A stretch of DNA of 64,000 nt from Bdellovibrionales bacterium (GCA_050250255.1 JBFWOZ010000002.1:32001-96000), one strand, 5' to 3'; counted from the stretch's first letter, positions 19,188 through 29,089 are shown. The notes: generated by a model not told the origin, from the letters alone. Numbers and translations are program-made.

Positions 19188-21113
19188 TTACACCAACACC
19201 AAAAACACAACCAAACCAATCACCATGTAGAACAGATACTGCTGGAGGTTACCATTTTGTAACTGTCGTAAACCCAAGCCGCATTGTTTTACATAGTCCG
19301 ACAAAAGATAAGTCGCACGATCAATGATATTCACGTCAACACGGCCCCAGAGAAAACGGCTCGCTTTAATCAGGGGATTGATAATGGACGCAAAATACAT
19401 TTCGTCGACGTAGTATTTGTTTTCTACAAGAGTTTTTAAGCCACCCATAGAGCTTGTGAGCTTGCCCAATAACGCGTTCGGTTTTGCATAGAGAAAAAAC
19501 GCAAACCACGCTGAGAGACCCGCAAGAGAAACCGAAATTCCCATAAAAATCCACTCGAGAATCACACTACCGTGCGCTCCTTCAGATGGAATTTTCACAA
19601 TTCTTGGCTCGAGCCAATGTTCCAACATATTTGGAATGTGACCAGGGAGGACCGCAGAAATCACATGCGGAATTCCAATCCAACCACCGATCACCGAAAG
19701 AAGCGCGAGGACCGAGAGTGGAATCAACATGCTTGGAGGTGATTCATGGGGATGAACATCTTTAGAAACACGGCTTTTACCCCAGAAGGTCAGTGCCATA
19801 AGACGTGTCATATAGAAGGCCGTACAAACCGCGCCAACAACTCCCATAATCCAGAAAATAATATGTCCACGTGGGGAAGCGTAAGCTTGCCACAAAATTT
19901 CATCTTTACTAAAGAAGCCTGCAAAAGGCGGCATACCGATAATCGCAAGCCAACCCATTAAGAATGTGAAGTAAGTGATCGGCATCTTTTTCGAGAGGCC
20001 ACCCATCTTCGTCATATCTTGTTCATGGTGCATTCCGTGAATCACTGAACCGGCACCCAAGAACATGAGAGCTTTAAAAAACGCATGCGTCATAAGGTGA
20101 AACATTCCTGCACCAAAAGCGCCAACGCCCACACCTAAGAACATGTAGCCCAACTGAGAAACCGTTGAGTACGCCAAAACTTTTTTGATGTCGTTCTGTG
20201 CAAGACCAATGGTCGCCGCAAAAACGGCCGTCAGCGCACCAACGAGAGCCACAACAAACATCGCTGTTGGGGCAACGACATAGAGGGCGTTCAGGCGAAC
20301 AATCATGTACACGCCCGCGGTCACCATGGTCGCTGCGTGAATGAGAGCCGAAACTGGCGTTGGACCCGCCATCGCATCAGGAAGCCAAACGTAAAGTGGA
20401 ATCTGTGCCGACTTTCCCATCGCGCCAACAAATAAAAAGAGACACGCAAGCGTGATTGGACCAAAAGTGGCTTCTGCAATCGTCGGCGCGTTCGCCGCGA
20501 GGGTTGCAAACTGCAAGGTGCCGAACTGTTGGAATAAAAGAAAAATCCCTAAAAGTAATCCTGCATCACCGATACGGTTTGTAATGAAGGCTTTCATGCC
20601 GGCAGCGGCCTTTTCACCATCCGTGAACCAGTAACCGATAAGAAGATAAGAGCAGAGCCCCACGCCTTCCCATCCCACAAACATCACAAGAAGATTTTCT
20701 CCAAGAACGAGAAGAAGCATATTGAAAACGAAAAAGTTTAAATATGCAAAAAACTTAAACGGCGTGTGATCGTGAGACATGTAGCCCACGCTAAAAAGAT
20801 GAATGAGAGAGCCTACGCCCGTAATGATTAAAATCATGATGGCAGAAATCTGATCCACCACGAAACCCATTGGAATACGTAAAGCTCCAACATGGATCCA
20901 AGTAAAAAAGTCGACGCGAATCTCACGAGACTCTACTGGCATGCCCGCAAGCTGAATCACAAGAGTCAGGGCAGATAAAAAAGAAATCACCATTGCACTG
21001 GTGGCAATTGTCCCGGCTATTTTTGCGTTGTGTCCGCGAAAACAAAAACCGTTGATGGTAAATCCAACCAGCGGACTTAACACTAATAAAGACATCAACA
21101 GAGCGTGGCTCAT
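19188..21113 (-). CDS. nuoL: NADH-quinone oxidoreductase subunit L
   Basis: GWEGVGLCSYLLIG, GKSAQIPLYVWLPDAMAGPTPVSALIHAATMV, THAFFKAL. Confidence 0.98.
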   Translation of the reverse strand: MSHALLMSLLVLSPLVGFTINGFCFRGHNAKIAGTIATSAMVISFLSALTLVIQLAGMPVESREIRVDFFTWIHVGALRIPMGFVVDQISAIMILIITGVGSLIHLFSVGYMSHDHTPFKFFAYLNFFVFNMLLLVLGENLLVMFVGWEGVGLCSYLLIGYWFTDGEKAAAGMKAFITNRIGDAGLLLGIFLLFQQFGTLQFATLAANAPTIAEATFGPITLACLFLFVGAMGKSAQIPLYVWLPDAMAGPTPVSALIHAATMVTAGVYMIVRLNALYVVAPTAMFVVALVGALTAVFAATIGLAQNDIKKVLAYSTVSQLGYMFLGVGVGAFGAGMFHLMTHAFFKALMFLGAGSVIHGMHHEQDMTKMGGLSKKMPITYFTFLMGWLAIIGMPPFAGFFSKDEILWQAYASPRGHIIFWIMGVVGAVCTAFYMTRLMALTFWGKSRVSKDVHPHESPPSMLIPLSVLALLSVIGGWIGIPHVISAVLPGHIPNMLEHWLEPRIVKIPSEGAHGSVILEWIFMGISVSLAGLSAWFAFFLYAKPNALLGKLTSSMGGLKTLVENKYYVDEMYFASIINPLIKASRFLWGRVDVNIIDRATYLLSDYVKQCGLGLRQLQNGNLQQYLFYMVIGLVVFLVLV

Positions 21114-21115
21114 TC

Positions 21116-21424
21116 CTAACCCTTCAACAATTCAAAGTTCTTAATATCAATTTCTTTAAATCTTTTAAGTACCGCAACCGCAAGCGCAAGACCCACGGCC
21201 GCTTCACAGGCCGCAATCGTCATTACAAAAAACACCACGATGCTTCCGGTCCCATTTGCATAGTATTTTCCAAATGCCACAAACGTGATGTTCACCGCAT
21301 TGAGCATTAATTCGATCGACATTAAAATCACAATCGCGTTTTTACGAGTGAGTACACCAATAAGGCCTACAGAGAATAAGAGCGCACCAAGAATGAGGTA
21401 ATGCGTAAGTCCAACCTCAAGCAT
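21116..21424 (-). CDS. nuoK: NADH-quinone oxidoreductase subunit K
   Basis: MSIELMLNAVN and IAACEAAVGLAL; ATG 21424 follows GAGGAGG. Confidence 0.96.
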   Translation of the reverse strand: MLEVGLTHYLILGALLFSVGLIGVLTRKNAIVILMSIELMLNAVNITFVAFGKYYANGTGSIVVFFVMTIAACEAAVGLALAVAVLKRFKEIDIKNFELLKG

Positions 21425-21938
21425 GTGTACCTCCTCGTGAGCGCGCCACGGCGACTGCTCCGACTGCAACCAGCAGCAGGAGAACGCTGACAATTTCGAA
21501 AGCAAAAATATATTTTGAAAACAATAACTGACCAATCTCACGCACACCAATGTGCGGAAGATTTTGGCTGTTGATTCCGGCATCAAGCGCCGCTCTTGTC
21601 ACTTCAAAGCCGCCAAGCAGAAGACCTAAAATGGAACCGGCGCCCGCAGCCTTCAAGACCGTGCTTGCAAGACTACCCGACATAATTTGAATTTCTTTTT
21701 TTAAATCGAAGAGCATCACCACCATGACAAAGAGAACCATCACGGCACCCGCATAAACAATCAGTTGTACGCCGGCAATGAAATACGCCTCTAACGTGAA
21801 GAAGAGTCCCGCCACCGCAATCATGGTGACAGCGAGGAAGAGAGCAGAAAAAATAGGGTTCTGTACAATGACAACGCCAACCGCGCTCACAAAAGCTGTG
21901 AGAGCCAAGAGATAAAATAAGGCATCAAATAGTTTCAT
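21417..21938 (-). CDS. nuoJ: NADH-quinone oxidoreductase subunit J
   Basis: NPIFSAL, QLIVYAGAVMVLFVMVVML, IGQLLFSKYIFAFE. Confidence 0.96.
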   Translation of the reverse strand: MKLFDALFYLLALTAFVSAVGVVIVQNPIFSALFLAVTMIAVAGLFFTLEAYFIAGVQLIVYAGAVMVLFVMVVMLFDLKKEIQIMSGSLASTVLKAAGAGSILGLLLGGFEVTRAALDAGINSQNLPHIGVREIGQLLFSKYIFAFEIVSVLLLLVAVGAVAVARSRGGTHA

Positions 21939-21939
21939 T

Positions 21940-23094
21940 TTAAAATCCTCTCGCCAAAAGCATCGCAAAAGCCGTAACCACGATATTTCCGATAGCCCAT
22001 GGGAGCATCGTTTTCCACCCTAAATCCATAAGATGGTCGTAACGGAACCTTGGAAGAGTCCAGCGAATCCAAATAAAAAACCAAAGAAAGAATGCAACCT
22101 TTAAGACAAAGGAAAGAAGATACGCAACCGATACGCCAATGCTAATTTGCGTGCTTCCAGAAACAAAACCAGAAATAAACTGGCGCATTTCCATTTCATT
22201 CACAAAAGGAATTCCGTAACCACCAAAATAAAAAATAGAAAGAAGACAGCTCGCCACCATCATGTGGCCGTATTCACCCATGAAGAAAAGGAGCATCTTG
22301 AATCCGCCGTACTCGGTATGAAAACCCGCCACAAGCTCCCCCTCAGATTCTGGAAGGTCAAACGGGAGACGATTGCTCTCCGCAAATACCGCCGTAAAGA
22401 AGAGAACAAAACCAACGGGCTGAAAGAAAATTCCCCAGTTCGGTAGAAAATCAAGCTGATAAGATTGTCCGAGAAATCCAAATCGGAGCGGGCCCGCCTG
22501 AGCATGAATCATCTCTGTCAGATCAAAGGTTCCGTAGAGGAGAACTGTGGCCACAATCGCAATTCCCATCGCGAGCTCATAAGAAATCATTTGTGCACTC
22601 GCGCGAAGAGCGCCCATCAGTGAATATTTATTGGCCGAGCCCCATCCCGCCATTAAAAGACTGTAGGCTCCTAAAGAGCTCACACCCAAAATGTAGATGA
22701 TACCCACATGCATATAAACACCCTGCATGTTAAATATGTAGGGGCCCCACATCTTTCCCGCCATTTCAAAAGGCTGTACTTCAATGGGTGTAGAGAGCGG
22801 AATGCTTGCTAACGCTAATGCCGCAGGGATTAGCGCCGCAACAGGTGCGCCGTAGTAGAGAAGAGCGTTCGCTTTCGCGGGCACAAACTCTTCTTTACAA
22901 ATAAACTTTACGGCATCTGCAAGAAGTTGGGTGAGTCCCAAGGGACCTACACGATTGGGACCAAAGCGGTGTTGAATAAAAGCTGATCCTCGTCGCTCCA
23001 CCCACACGAGGAGAGGAACCATCTGCACCATCATCAAGAAGATGAGAAGAAGTTTTACAGCATTGACTGAAATCTCAAATACGTCCTGACCCAT
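21940..23094 (-). CDS. nuoH: NADH-quinone oxidoreductase subunit H
   Basis: ERR..RFGPNRVGPLG, RASAQMISYE, AESNRLPFDLPESEGELVAG, LPRFRYD. Confidence 0.98.
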   Translation of the reverse strand: MGQDVFEISVNAVKLLLIFLMMVQMVPLLVWVERRGSAFIQHRFGPNRVGPLGLTQLLADAVKFICKEEFVPAKANALLYYGAPVAALIPAALALASIPLSTPIEVQPFEMAGKMWGPYIFNMQGVYMHVGIIYILGVSSLGAYSLLMAGWGSANKYSLMGALRASAQMISYELAMGIAIVATVLLYGTFDLTEMIHAQAGPLRFGFLGQSYQLDFLPNWGIFFQPVGFVLFFTAVFAESNRLPFDLPESEGELVAGFHTEYGGFKMLLFFMGEYGHMMVASCLLSIFYFGGYGIPFVNEMEMRQFISGFVSGSTQISIGVSVAYLLSFVLKVAFFLWFFIWIRWTLPRFRYDHLMDLGWKTMLPWAIGNIVVTAFAMLLARGF

Positions 23095-23097
23095 CCG

Positions 23098-23472
23098 CTA
23101 TTCCCACTGCAGTCCGCGGTTTCTCCAAACATAGAAGAGACCGAAAATTAAAATGGCCATAAAAACAATCATTTCTGTAAATAAAAAGATTCCCGCCGTC
23201 TTAATGCCTTCTGAATAAATCAAGGCCCACGGATACATAAAGACCACTTCGATATCGAACAAAATAAAAATGATCGCTGTAAGATAGTATTTAATAGGAA
23301 CTTGAGTTGTGCCTGAGTCTTCCCCAGAAATTCCACATTCGTAAGGCATGACTTGTCGTGGGTCTTTGATTTTTTTCTTCGGTCCAACAAGAGATGTTAA
23401 AAAGAGAAGGCCCGCTCCAAAAATGAAGACAAAAATGCCCAATAGCACGACTGGTAGTAGCTGTTCTGCCAA
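23098..23472 (-). CDS. nuoA: NADH-quinone oxidoreductase subunit A
   Basis: PYECG, LFDIEVVFMYPWA, GLQWE; TTG start after AAGGAG. Confidence 0.96.
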   Translation of the reverse strand: MAEQLLPVVLLGIFVFIFGAGLLFLTSLVGPKKKIKDPRQVMPYECGISGEDSGTTQVPIKYYLTAIIFILFDIEVVFMYPWALIYSEGIKTAGIFLFTEMIVFMAILIFGLFYVWRNRGLQWE

Positions 23473-23519
23473 GATGCTGCTCCTTTAGATGTCCATACCA
23501 GATGATCTTATAAAAACCG

Positions 23520-24968
23520 TCATGAGATCATCATGCGGCTTAAAATATAGCTTACATATTTATACAAAGGCGATGGATATATTCCAAGCGTAATAACAAA
23601 AATGAGCAGGGAATAGCCGATTATATTGTCTATATAAGATGTTTTGTTTTCTGCAGTGACCTTCGGCGAAAAATCATCGAAGAGTTCACCCAACACACTG
23701 ATCAATGAAATCATAAGTGATGCGGCGCAAATCACCGGCATCAATTGCAGCCAGAGGATTTTTTGTGCCCCTTGTGCCGTCGATACAATTAGAGAAAAGC
23801 CCACAAATGTTCCGAGTGGACTGAAAATGATAAATAGAGCAAAGAGTTGGAGGCGTTGAAAAAAGCTCGCGGCCCTTAACGCAAGGCGTCCGCCATCTGT
23901 GCTTTCAAAAGGTTTCAAATCTAGGGCCATAAAGATTTTCAAAGTGAGTGGCACCGCGATTGTATAAAGAAAAAGTCCCGCCACTCCCTTTAAAAAGGAT
24001 TCTTTTGTTCCCGAAGACAAACTCCATAAAGTGAGGAGGAGGGGCTGAATCGAATAAATTTGAAAAATCTGAGCCATGTTTTTTGCAAACAACGTTTGCA
24101 CGAGCACAAAAGCGGCCATCAACCCGAAAGCGACAACCGGTAAAAGCGTTACGAGAAATCCTTTAAATGGGACGAAGGTGTCGGCCTCCCACGAACCTGC
24201 CATAGAAAGAATCCATCGACAGATCATAATCGCCCCCAGCAACGGAAGCGTCTGGCGGAAAAGCCCAATGAGTGTCCAGCTGTCGGCCTTTTCGTAGTCT
24301 TTTGCAAAGAACGTAAAAACTGGAAAGCAAAGGAGACTGCAAAAAAGAACAAGCGGTGCGCCCCACCCCAAAAGCGAGGTTGTTGTGAACCCTTTTTCCG
24401 AAAGCGCTTTTTGAATTTGATCAAATCGTAGAGTTTGGAGCTCTTGATAAATCAGACCACTTGAAAGCGCAAGAATCAGCAGAACAAGTGCTGCCCACGA
24501 AATTCCGTGGTTCATAGAGATAGATGCTTTCGATTTATAGGCAAGCTGAGGAGCAAAGGCGACCGTCAGGATGAGAAGCGGAAGCGCGAGGGTTACCACA
24601 AGCATATGGTTTGAAAAAATCAAAACCAGCGAGAGAAAGGCGATGACCAACTGAATGGCCGCAAGCTCTCTTTCATAAGAAATACGATCTCGGTAAAGGT
24701 TGAGATGGTTCAACAGAAAATAGATGAGCGTCATCAAAGCGAAGACGAGCTCAGACCCATCAAATGAAAAATAATTTTTTTCAGTAAGAGGAATTTCTAA
24801 TGGGGAAGCGAGGAGAACTATATGTCCTAGATTGAGTAGCAACAAAAGGAGCACAAAAAACTTTTCTCGTTTGCCGAGAGCAATTTCGTTTTGTCGCGAA
24901 ACGGCCATATAGCAGAGCAGGCCTAAGAAAAACGCCATCATTCCAAATCCCTGAGGCCAAAGTGTCAT
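23520..24968 (-). CDS. Highly divergent NuoN-like membrane protein lacking the conserved Glu/Lys residues
   Basis: Colinear with the local NuoN: DGSELV/DGSSYP, IFSNHMLVV/IWANDLLVM, FPVFTFFAKDYEKA/FPFHVWTPDVYQGA, TFVGF/PTVGF, LGIYPSPL/IGVVSSPF. Confidence 0.75.
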   Translation of the reverse strand: MTLWPQGFGMMAFFLGLLCYMAVSRQNEIALGKREKFFVLLLLLLNLGHIVLLASPLEIPLTEKNYFSFDGSELVFALMTLIYFLLNHLNLYRDRISYERELAAIQLVIAFLSLVLIFSNHMLVVTLALPLLILTVAFAPQLAYKSKASISMNHGISWAALVLLILALSSGLIYQELQTLRFDQIQKALSEKGFTTTSLLGWGAPLVLFCSLLCFPVFTFFAKDYEKADSWTLIGLFRQTLPLLGAIMICRWILSMAGSWEADTFVPFKGFLVTLLPVVAFGLMAAFVLVQTLFAKNMAQIFQIYSIQPLLLTLWSLSSGTKESFLKGVAGLFLYTIAVPLTLKIFMALDLKPFESTDGGRLALRAASFFQRLQLFALFIIFSPLGTFVGFSLIVSTAQGAQKILWLQLMPVICAASLMISLISVLGELFDDFSPKVTAENKTSYIDNIIGYSLLIFVITLGIYPSPLYKYVSYILSRMMIS

Positions 24969-24977
24969 ACTTTTCTC

Positions 24978-25982
24978 CTACACCATAAACCGCGCGGCGA
25001 GCGCAAAGAGGATGGACATCAAGAGCTGAACCGACGCCCGAGAGCCCAAAGCGAATGTTTTTATTTGCACTCCTGAGGAAGACTCTGGCGCCGACGGAAG
25101 ATATACGATCCAAGCCATAATACCCACCATGAATACCACCGACGTCCACAACAACGCGCCCACTGTAGATTGAGACGAAGCTAAATAAACGGCCATTAAC
25201 ATACTCCAGAAATATCCGCCCCCAAGAGCACCCACTTCCCAACGGCGAATCAGGCCGCTAAGATTTTTAAATTTTTCTGGAACGATATGAGGAAACAGAG
25301 TGGTCATCGCGGCAAGATAAACCCAAAGAAGCAACACCTCAGGTTTATGCCCTTGGGTGTTGAGAGCCATGACCAGAATACATTGAGTAAAGATGGCCTG
25401 ATGAACTAGCGCCCACGAAATATATTTTTTCAAAAAAATGCTGAGAAGTATCGCCGCCATAGAAAAAAATGAAAATTCATAAGCAAATCGCTCAAAGAGT
25501 TCGTAGTGATAAATATTTAACGACTGAGCGACCGTCCAGAAAATAAAACTTACTCGCAGCCAGGTCTGTTGGAAGACAATGACCTTCTCCAGGCTATCGT
25601 TATGCTGAGGAACTATTGCAAAAAGCAACATTGGTAAAAAACTAAAGGCTAACGAAAGGTAAATTCGATGCTCAATTTGTACGAGCGTGTTGAGGCCAAG
25701 CGCCGGCTGCAACAAGCTCACCGTCACGAGCACCGCCATGACGATCGCGATAATCATTTTCTGTACTCGACCCCTTGTGTAGAAAGAGGTCGCGATAATA
25801 ACCATGAGCGCTTGCACAAGATAAAAAGCAAAATCAAGATAGGCACTATCCGCATACCAAAAAATACCAACACCAGCCCCGATGGCCGCCACCATGAGCA
25901 AGCTCACCCAAAAATGAAGTCCTCTAGCTAGAGCCAATAACCAAATACTTCCAATTCCCAAAACCATCGCCTGAATTGTCAT
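24978..25982 (-). CDS. Multi-TM membrane protein in the NuoM position of the divergent cassette
   Basis: About 334 aa, very hydrophobic; ATGA overlap with the upstream gene. NuoM homology rests mainly on position. Confidence 0.55.
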   Translation of the reverse strand: MTIQAMVLGIGSIWLLALARGLHFWVSLLMVAAIGAGVGIFWYADSAYLDFAFYLVQALMVIIATSFYTRGRVQKMIIAIVMAVLVTVSLLQPALGLNTLVQIEHRIYLSLAFSFLPMLLFAIVPQHNDSLEKVIVFQQTWLRVSFIFWTVAQSLNIYHYELFERFAYEFSFFSMAAILLSIFLKKYISWALVHQAIFTQCILVMALNTQGHKPEVLLLWVYLAAMTTLFPHIVPEKFKNLSGLIRRWEVGALGGGYFWSMLMAVYLASSQSTVGALLWTSVVFMVGIMAWIVYLPSAPESSSGVQIKTFALGSRASVQLLMSILFALAARFMV

Positions 25983-27265
25983 ATAACTAAAAACACTCCC
26001 CAAATCCCTGCGATTACGAAAAGCAGCCACATTGAAAGATTGAAATCTTCTCTCTCAAAAAAGCTGATTTTCTGCACAAGTTCCGAATTACTAAATTTGT
26101 ATTGTGGGCGAGCTTCAGTTGATCTCACGGGCACGGTTGCGCGAACCCATGCTGTGGTTTTATCCCAAAGATTTTTAGCGACCTTCCACTGCCACGACCA
26201 TTTTGGTTTCCAAAAATAAAACAATGCTGCAGCCGCAACAAAAATAAGCGGTGGCACAATGAGCGTTGGCGACTGTGGATCTAGCTTTTCCAGAATCGCT
26301 TCGCCCTCAAGATAAAAAGGAAGAGAGAGTAAGCTAATGGTGATTAAAACTCCACCCCACTCCTTTTTAAGTTTTTCAAATGCGGCTTCTTCACTCATAA
26401 GCAAGTAACTCATTAAAATACTCAGCGGTATGCAGGCGCTCCAAAACAACGCCTCCTCATTATATTCTCCGTGAATGGCAAGAAGGAGCACAAGACCCAC
26501 AAGGCCCGTGCGCAGCGCCCAGCCGCCGTAAAAAATAGAAAACACAATAAATCCAGAGAAGTTAATAAGTGTTGGGTTTAAATAGTTACAAAAAATAAAC
26601 ATTAAGATCGGAAGAGCCGCACGGTGACCCACAAAAGAAAGAAGGACCGTAAGGATCCCTAACGTAAAACCGCTCTCTAGGTTTTTTTCGACCGGAAATA
26701 GATGAAGAATGACCCCAAGGCAAACCACACAAAAGAAATATTCGAGGTGATGGTGGGTCACAGAGGCTCGAGCTTTTCCCGAATCAACGAGTTGTGTTTG
26801 TGCCCATAAAAAGGGGCGTACAAAAAAGTAACTAATGATCAAATAGTCCGATAGTATTTTATTCTCGGTTCGCAAATAATAAGAGAAGAAAAGGGCAAGC
26901 GTGATGATTGTTGGAAGCAAAAGACTTGTATCTTCGGCAGGAACTTCTTTTGTCCAATCAATGCGGTAGAAACACCATACGAGCATGAGGGCTTCTGCCA
27001 TAGCAACTAGAACAAGCGCATAGAAAAGGTCCACCCTTAGGCTGACAAAACAGAGAGCGAGTCCTAAAAAATAAAAAAATGTAAAACTTTTGTTAAGTCC
27101 TTCTCGGCAAAAGAAAACGGTAAAGATCGTTCCCAAAACCCAAAATCGGTCCGAGTAGTCGGTCCACACCCCCACACCAATCACTGCCGAAAGTAGCAAA
27201 AGAACAAGGAGAGATTCTTTCCAATCCCATGCCTTCATAGAGCTTGTGTTTTCACGTTGACTCAT
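25979..27265 (-). CDS. Multi-TM membrane protein in the NuoL position of the divergent cassette
   Basis: 428 aa; many TMs, then a hydrophilic/amphipathic stretch and a terminal TM (LVQKISFFEREDFNLSMWLLFV vs NuoL GLGLRQLQNGNLQQYLFYMV). Confidence 0.6.
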   Translation of the reverse strand: MSQRENTSSMKAWDWKESLLVLLLLSAVIGVGVWTDYSDRFWVLGTIFTVFFCREGLNKSFTFFYFLGLALCFVSLRVDLFYALVLVAMAEALMLVWCFYRIDWTKEVPAEDTSLLLPTIITLALFFSYYLRTENKILSDYLIISYFFVRPFLWAQTQLVDSGKARASVTHHHLEYFFCVVCLGVILHLFPVEKNLESGFTLGILTVLLSFVGHRAALPILMFIFCNYLNPTLINFSGFIVFSIFYGGWALRTGLVGLVLLLAIHGEYNEEALFWSACIPLSILMSYLLMSEEAAFEKLKKEWGGVLITISLLSLPFYLEGEAILEKLDPQSPTLIVPPLIFVAAAALFYFWKPKWSWQWKVAKNLWDKTTAWVRATVPVRSTEARPQYKFSNSELVQKISFFEREDFNLSMWLLFVIAGIWGVFLVI

Positions 27266-27507
27266 TTTTTTCCAAACTCTCTTTCGCTCACAATCGCCAT
27301 CAGCATAACAAACGTTGTCATAAGCGAAATGATTGAAAGTGAGGTGAGACTAATGTCCGACACCTCTGACTTGTTATTAAAATTCAACATAAACACAGCA
27401 AGGGCATCACCACTCAGCTTGAGCCCTAGCATTCTATAGAGAAAATTAAAGCTACAGAGACACGTCACAACCCCAACAAAAAGCGGCATGAGAAAAATTA
27501 TTTCCAT
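27262..27507 (-). CDS. Divergent NuoK-like small membrane protein
   Basis: LFVGVVTCLCSFNFLYRMLGLKLSGDA vs NuoK LFSVGLIGVLTRKNAIVILMSIELMLNA; 81 aa, about 3 TMs. Confidence 0.65.
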   Translation of the reverse strand: MEIIFLMPLFVGVVTCLCSFNFLYRMLGLKLSGDALAVFMLNFNNKSEVSDISLTSLSIISLMTTFVMLMAIVSEREFGKK

Positions 27508-27893
27508 CGAGAGACCCCTCGCCGTTGAATCAAAACCGCCATCACAAACAGGGCAGATAGGCAAAACCCCAATACGAGCAAACCCTCACGGCCATTTTTA
27601 AATAAATCATGTCCCGCCAAAAGCATCGATGGCGAGTGCTGACTTTGATTGGTCGCTATCGCAAACGGCATAACGAGAAGCGCCGCAAGAACGGCCATTA
27701 TAAATTTTGATTGACGTGTTATCGGTGTTTTCATTCGCACTTCATTACGAAAAACAAAAGGCTTTAGCAAAAAAATTACCGGCGCCTGAGAAAGTAAAAT
27801 CAACTGAGCCAGGGCTATTTCTTCCCAAAGCCAAAGCTGCACAAACAGAATTATTTCACAGGCGACATACAGCACAAGTGGCCAAAATCTCAT
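27498..27893 (-). CDS. Divergent NuoJ-like membrane protein
   Basis: IALAQLILLSQAPVIFL vs IAGVQLIVYAGAVMVLF; AGHDLF...MAVLIQRRG vs IGQLLF...GAVAVARSRG. Confidence 0.7.
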   Translation of the reverse strand: MRFWPLVLYVACEIILFVQLWLWEEIALAQLILLSQAPVIFLLKPFVFRNEVRMKTPITRQSKFIMAVLAALLVMPFAIATNQSQHSPSMLLAGHDLFKNGREGLLVLGFCLSALFVMAVLIQRRGVSRWK

Positions 27894-27902
27894 TACTCAC
27901 TC

Positions 27903-28772
27903 CTACGTCATAAGCTTCATCCACCACATTCCTGCGAAGCACAAAAATGTAATGGGGTAAATGGTGGCAAGCATGATTTTTTCGAGCTGGTCCCGGCGCA
28001 GAACCGGGAAGTGTTTCCAAAAAATGTCTGTCAAAACATAAAGCAAGAGAACTTTCGAGATTAAAAATATAAAGTGGCTAAGGCCAGGCAGTGCATTGGA
28101 GTTACAAAAAATCATGACAACTAGTGTGAGCCACGTCAGAGAAAATAGATGGTCCACAAACACATCGAGACTAATGAGTTTTTCATTTTTCGAAGAGGAG
28201 CTTTTAAAAAACGTAGCGACAAAAATTCCCAGTAAAAACGCGACAAAATGAAATGGACTCGACAGAAAAAGCCATTCTCTTCCTAAAAAATCATTTAATT
28301 CACCAGGTGTTTGACCTAAGGCGGCTCCTAAAAACAAAATCAGCACAATCAACGCCCGAGTTGTGAAATAAGTGATGTGATCAATCGATGTCTCAGAGAA
28401 TTGTGGTCCCGTTGCTTTCCAAGAGGCAATAATGTGAATGGCACATGAGATGAGCGTTAAAATCATTAAAACGAGATGTGGGTTCTCAACTTGTAAGCCC
28501 CGCTCTCCATTGATCGGGAAAAGTGCTAAACATGTCACCTGCAGCGAAAGCACCACCAAAAACGGCAGATCCCTTTTTATATTCACCCGCAGGCGAGACA
28601 AAAGCAGAAGCCATCTCAAGGGAAGCTGCTGCACTCTGTGAAGACCCGTTTTGGAAAAGCTAAGACGTGGCAAAATAGAAAGACTGAAAAGACTTCTTAG
28701 AAGGGTCATGACCACTAAAAAGAGCACGGCCCAGAGAGTTGGAAAAATGGCAGACAGGGCTGATGACATCAT
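27903..28772 (-). CDS. Divergent NuoH-like membrane protein
   Basis: KVLLLYVLTDIFWKHFPVLRRDQLEKIMLATIYP vs KVAFFLWFFIWIRWTLPRFRYDHLMDLGWKTMLP; WLFLSSP vs WGIFFQP. Confidence 0.72.
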   Translation of the reverse strand: MMSSALSAIFPTLWAVLFLVVMTLLRSLFSLSILPRLSFSKTGLHRVQQLPLRWLLLLSRLRVNIKRDLPFLVVLSLQVTCLALFPINGERGLQVENPHLVLMILTLISCAIHIIASWKATGPQFSETSIDHITYFTTRALIVLILFLGAALGQTPGELNDFLGREWLFLSSPFHFVAFLLGIFVATFFKSSSSKNEKLISLDVFVDHLFSLTWLTLVVMIFCNSNALPGLSHFIFLISKVLLLYVLTDIFWKHFPVLRRDQLEKIMLATIYPITFLCFAGMWWMKLMT

Positions 28773-29089
28773 CTCCTTACTCCCAACTCACGGATGAAGT
28801 AAAAAAATGACATAATTGCGGTAATTAAGAAGAGTGTAAAATAGAGCATATCCGTAAAGGCCAACGGCTCCTTTTCCACAATCAACATCAGAAAGGTTGG
28901 AAAAATAAAAAAACTCATCATTCCAACAGCCATAATGAGAAGCGGTGAGTGAAAGGTGCGCTCCCCGCGACTTTCTCGTGATTTTTTTTCGACAATGGCC
29001 GTCGTCCTTTCTGAAAGAAAACGTAAGCTCAGGCTGAAAAGGAGCCAAAAACCCATCGCAATGAAAAAACTAGTAATTATCGAAAACAA
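28769..29089 (-). CDS. Divergent NuoA-like membrane protein
   Basis: 3 TMs; FTDMLYF...FYFIRELG vs FTEMIVF...FYVWRNRG; YECG and FDIE motifs absent. Confidence 0.65.
   Translation of the reverse strand: MFSIITSFFIAMGFWLLFSLSLRFLSERTTAIVEKKSRESRGERTFHSPLLIMAVGMMSFFIFPTFLMLIVEKEPLAFTDMLYFTLFLITAIMSFFYFIRELGVRR

Noticed and set aside
23520..29089. Reading the divergent membrane cluster as a pseudogene block or an ordinary Mrp antiporter
   Set aside because: All seven frames are intact and coupled. The order includes NuoA-like and NuoH-like genes, which Mrp lacks, and the antiporter-type Glu/Lys residues are missing where alignment is possible.
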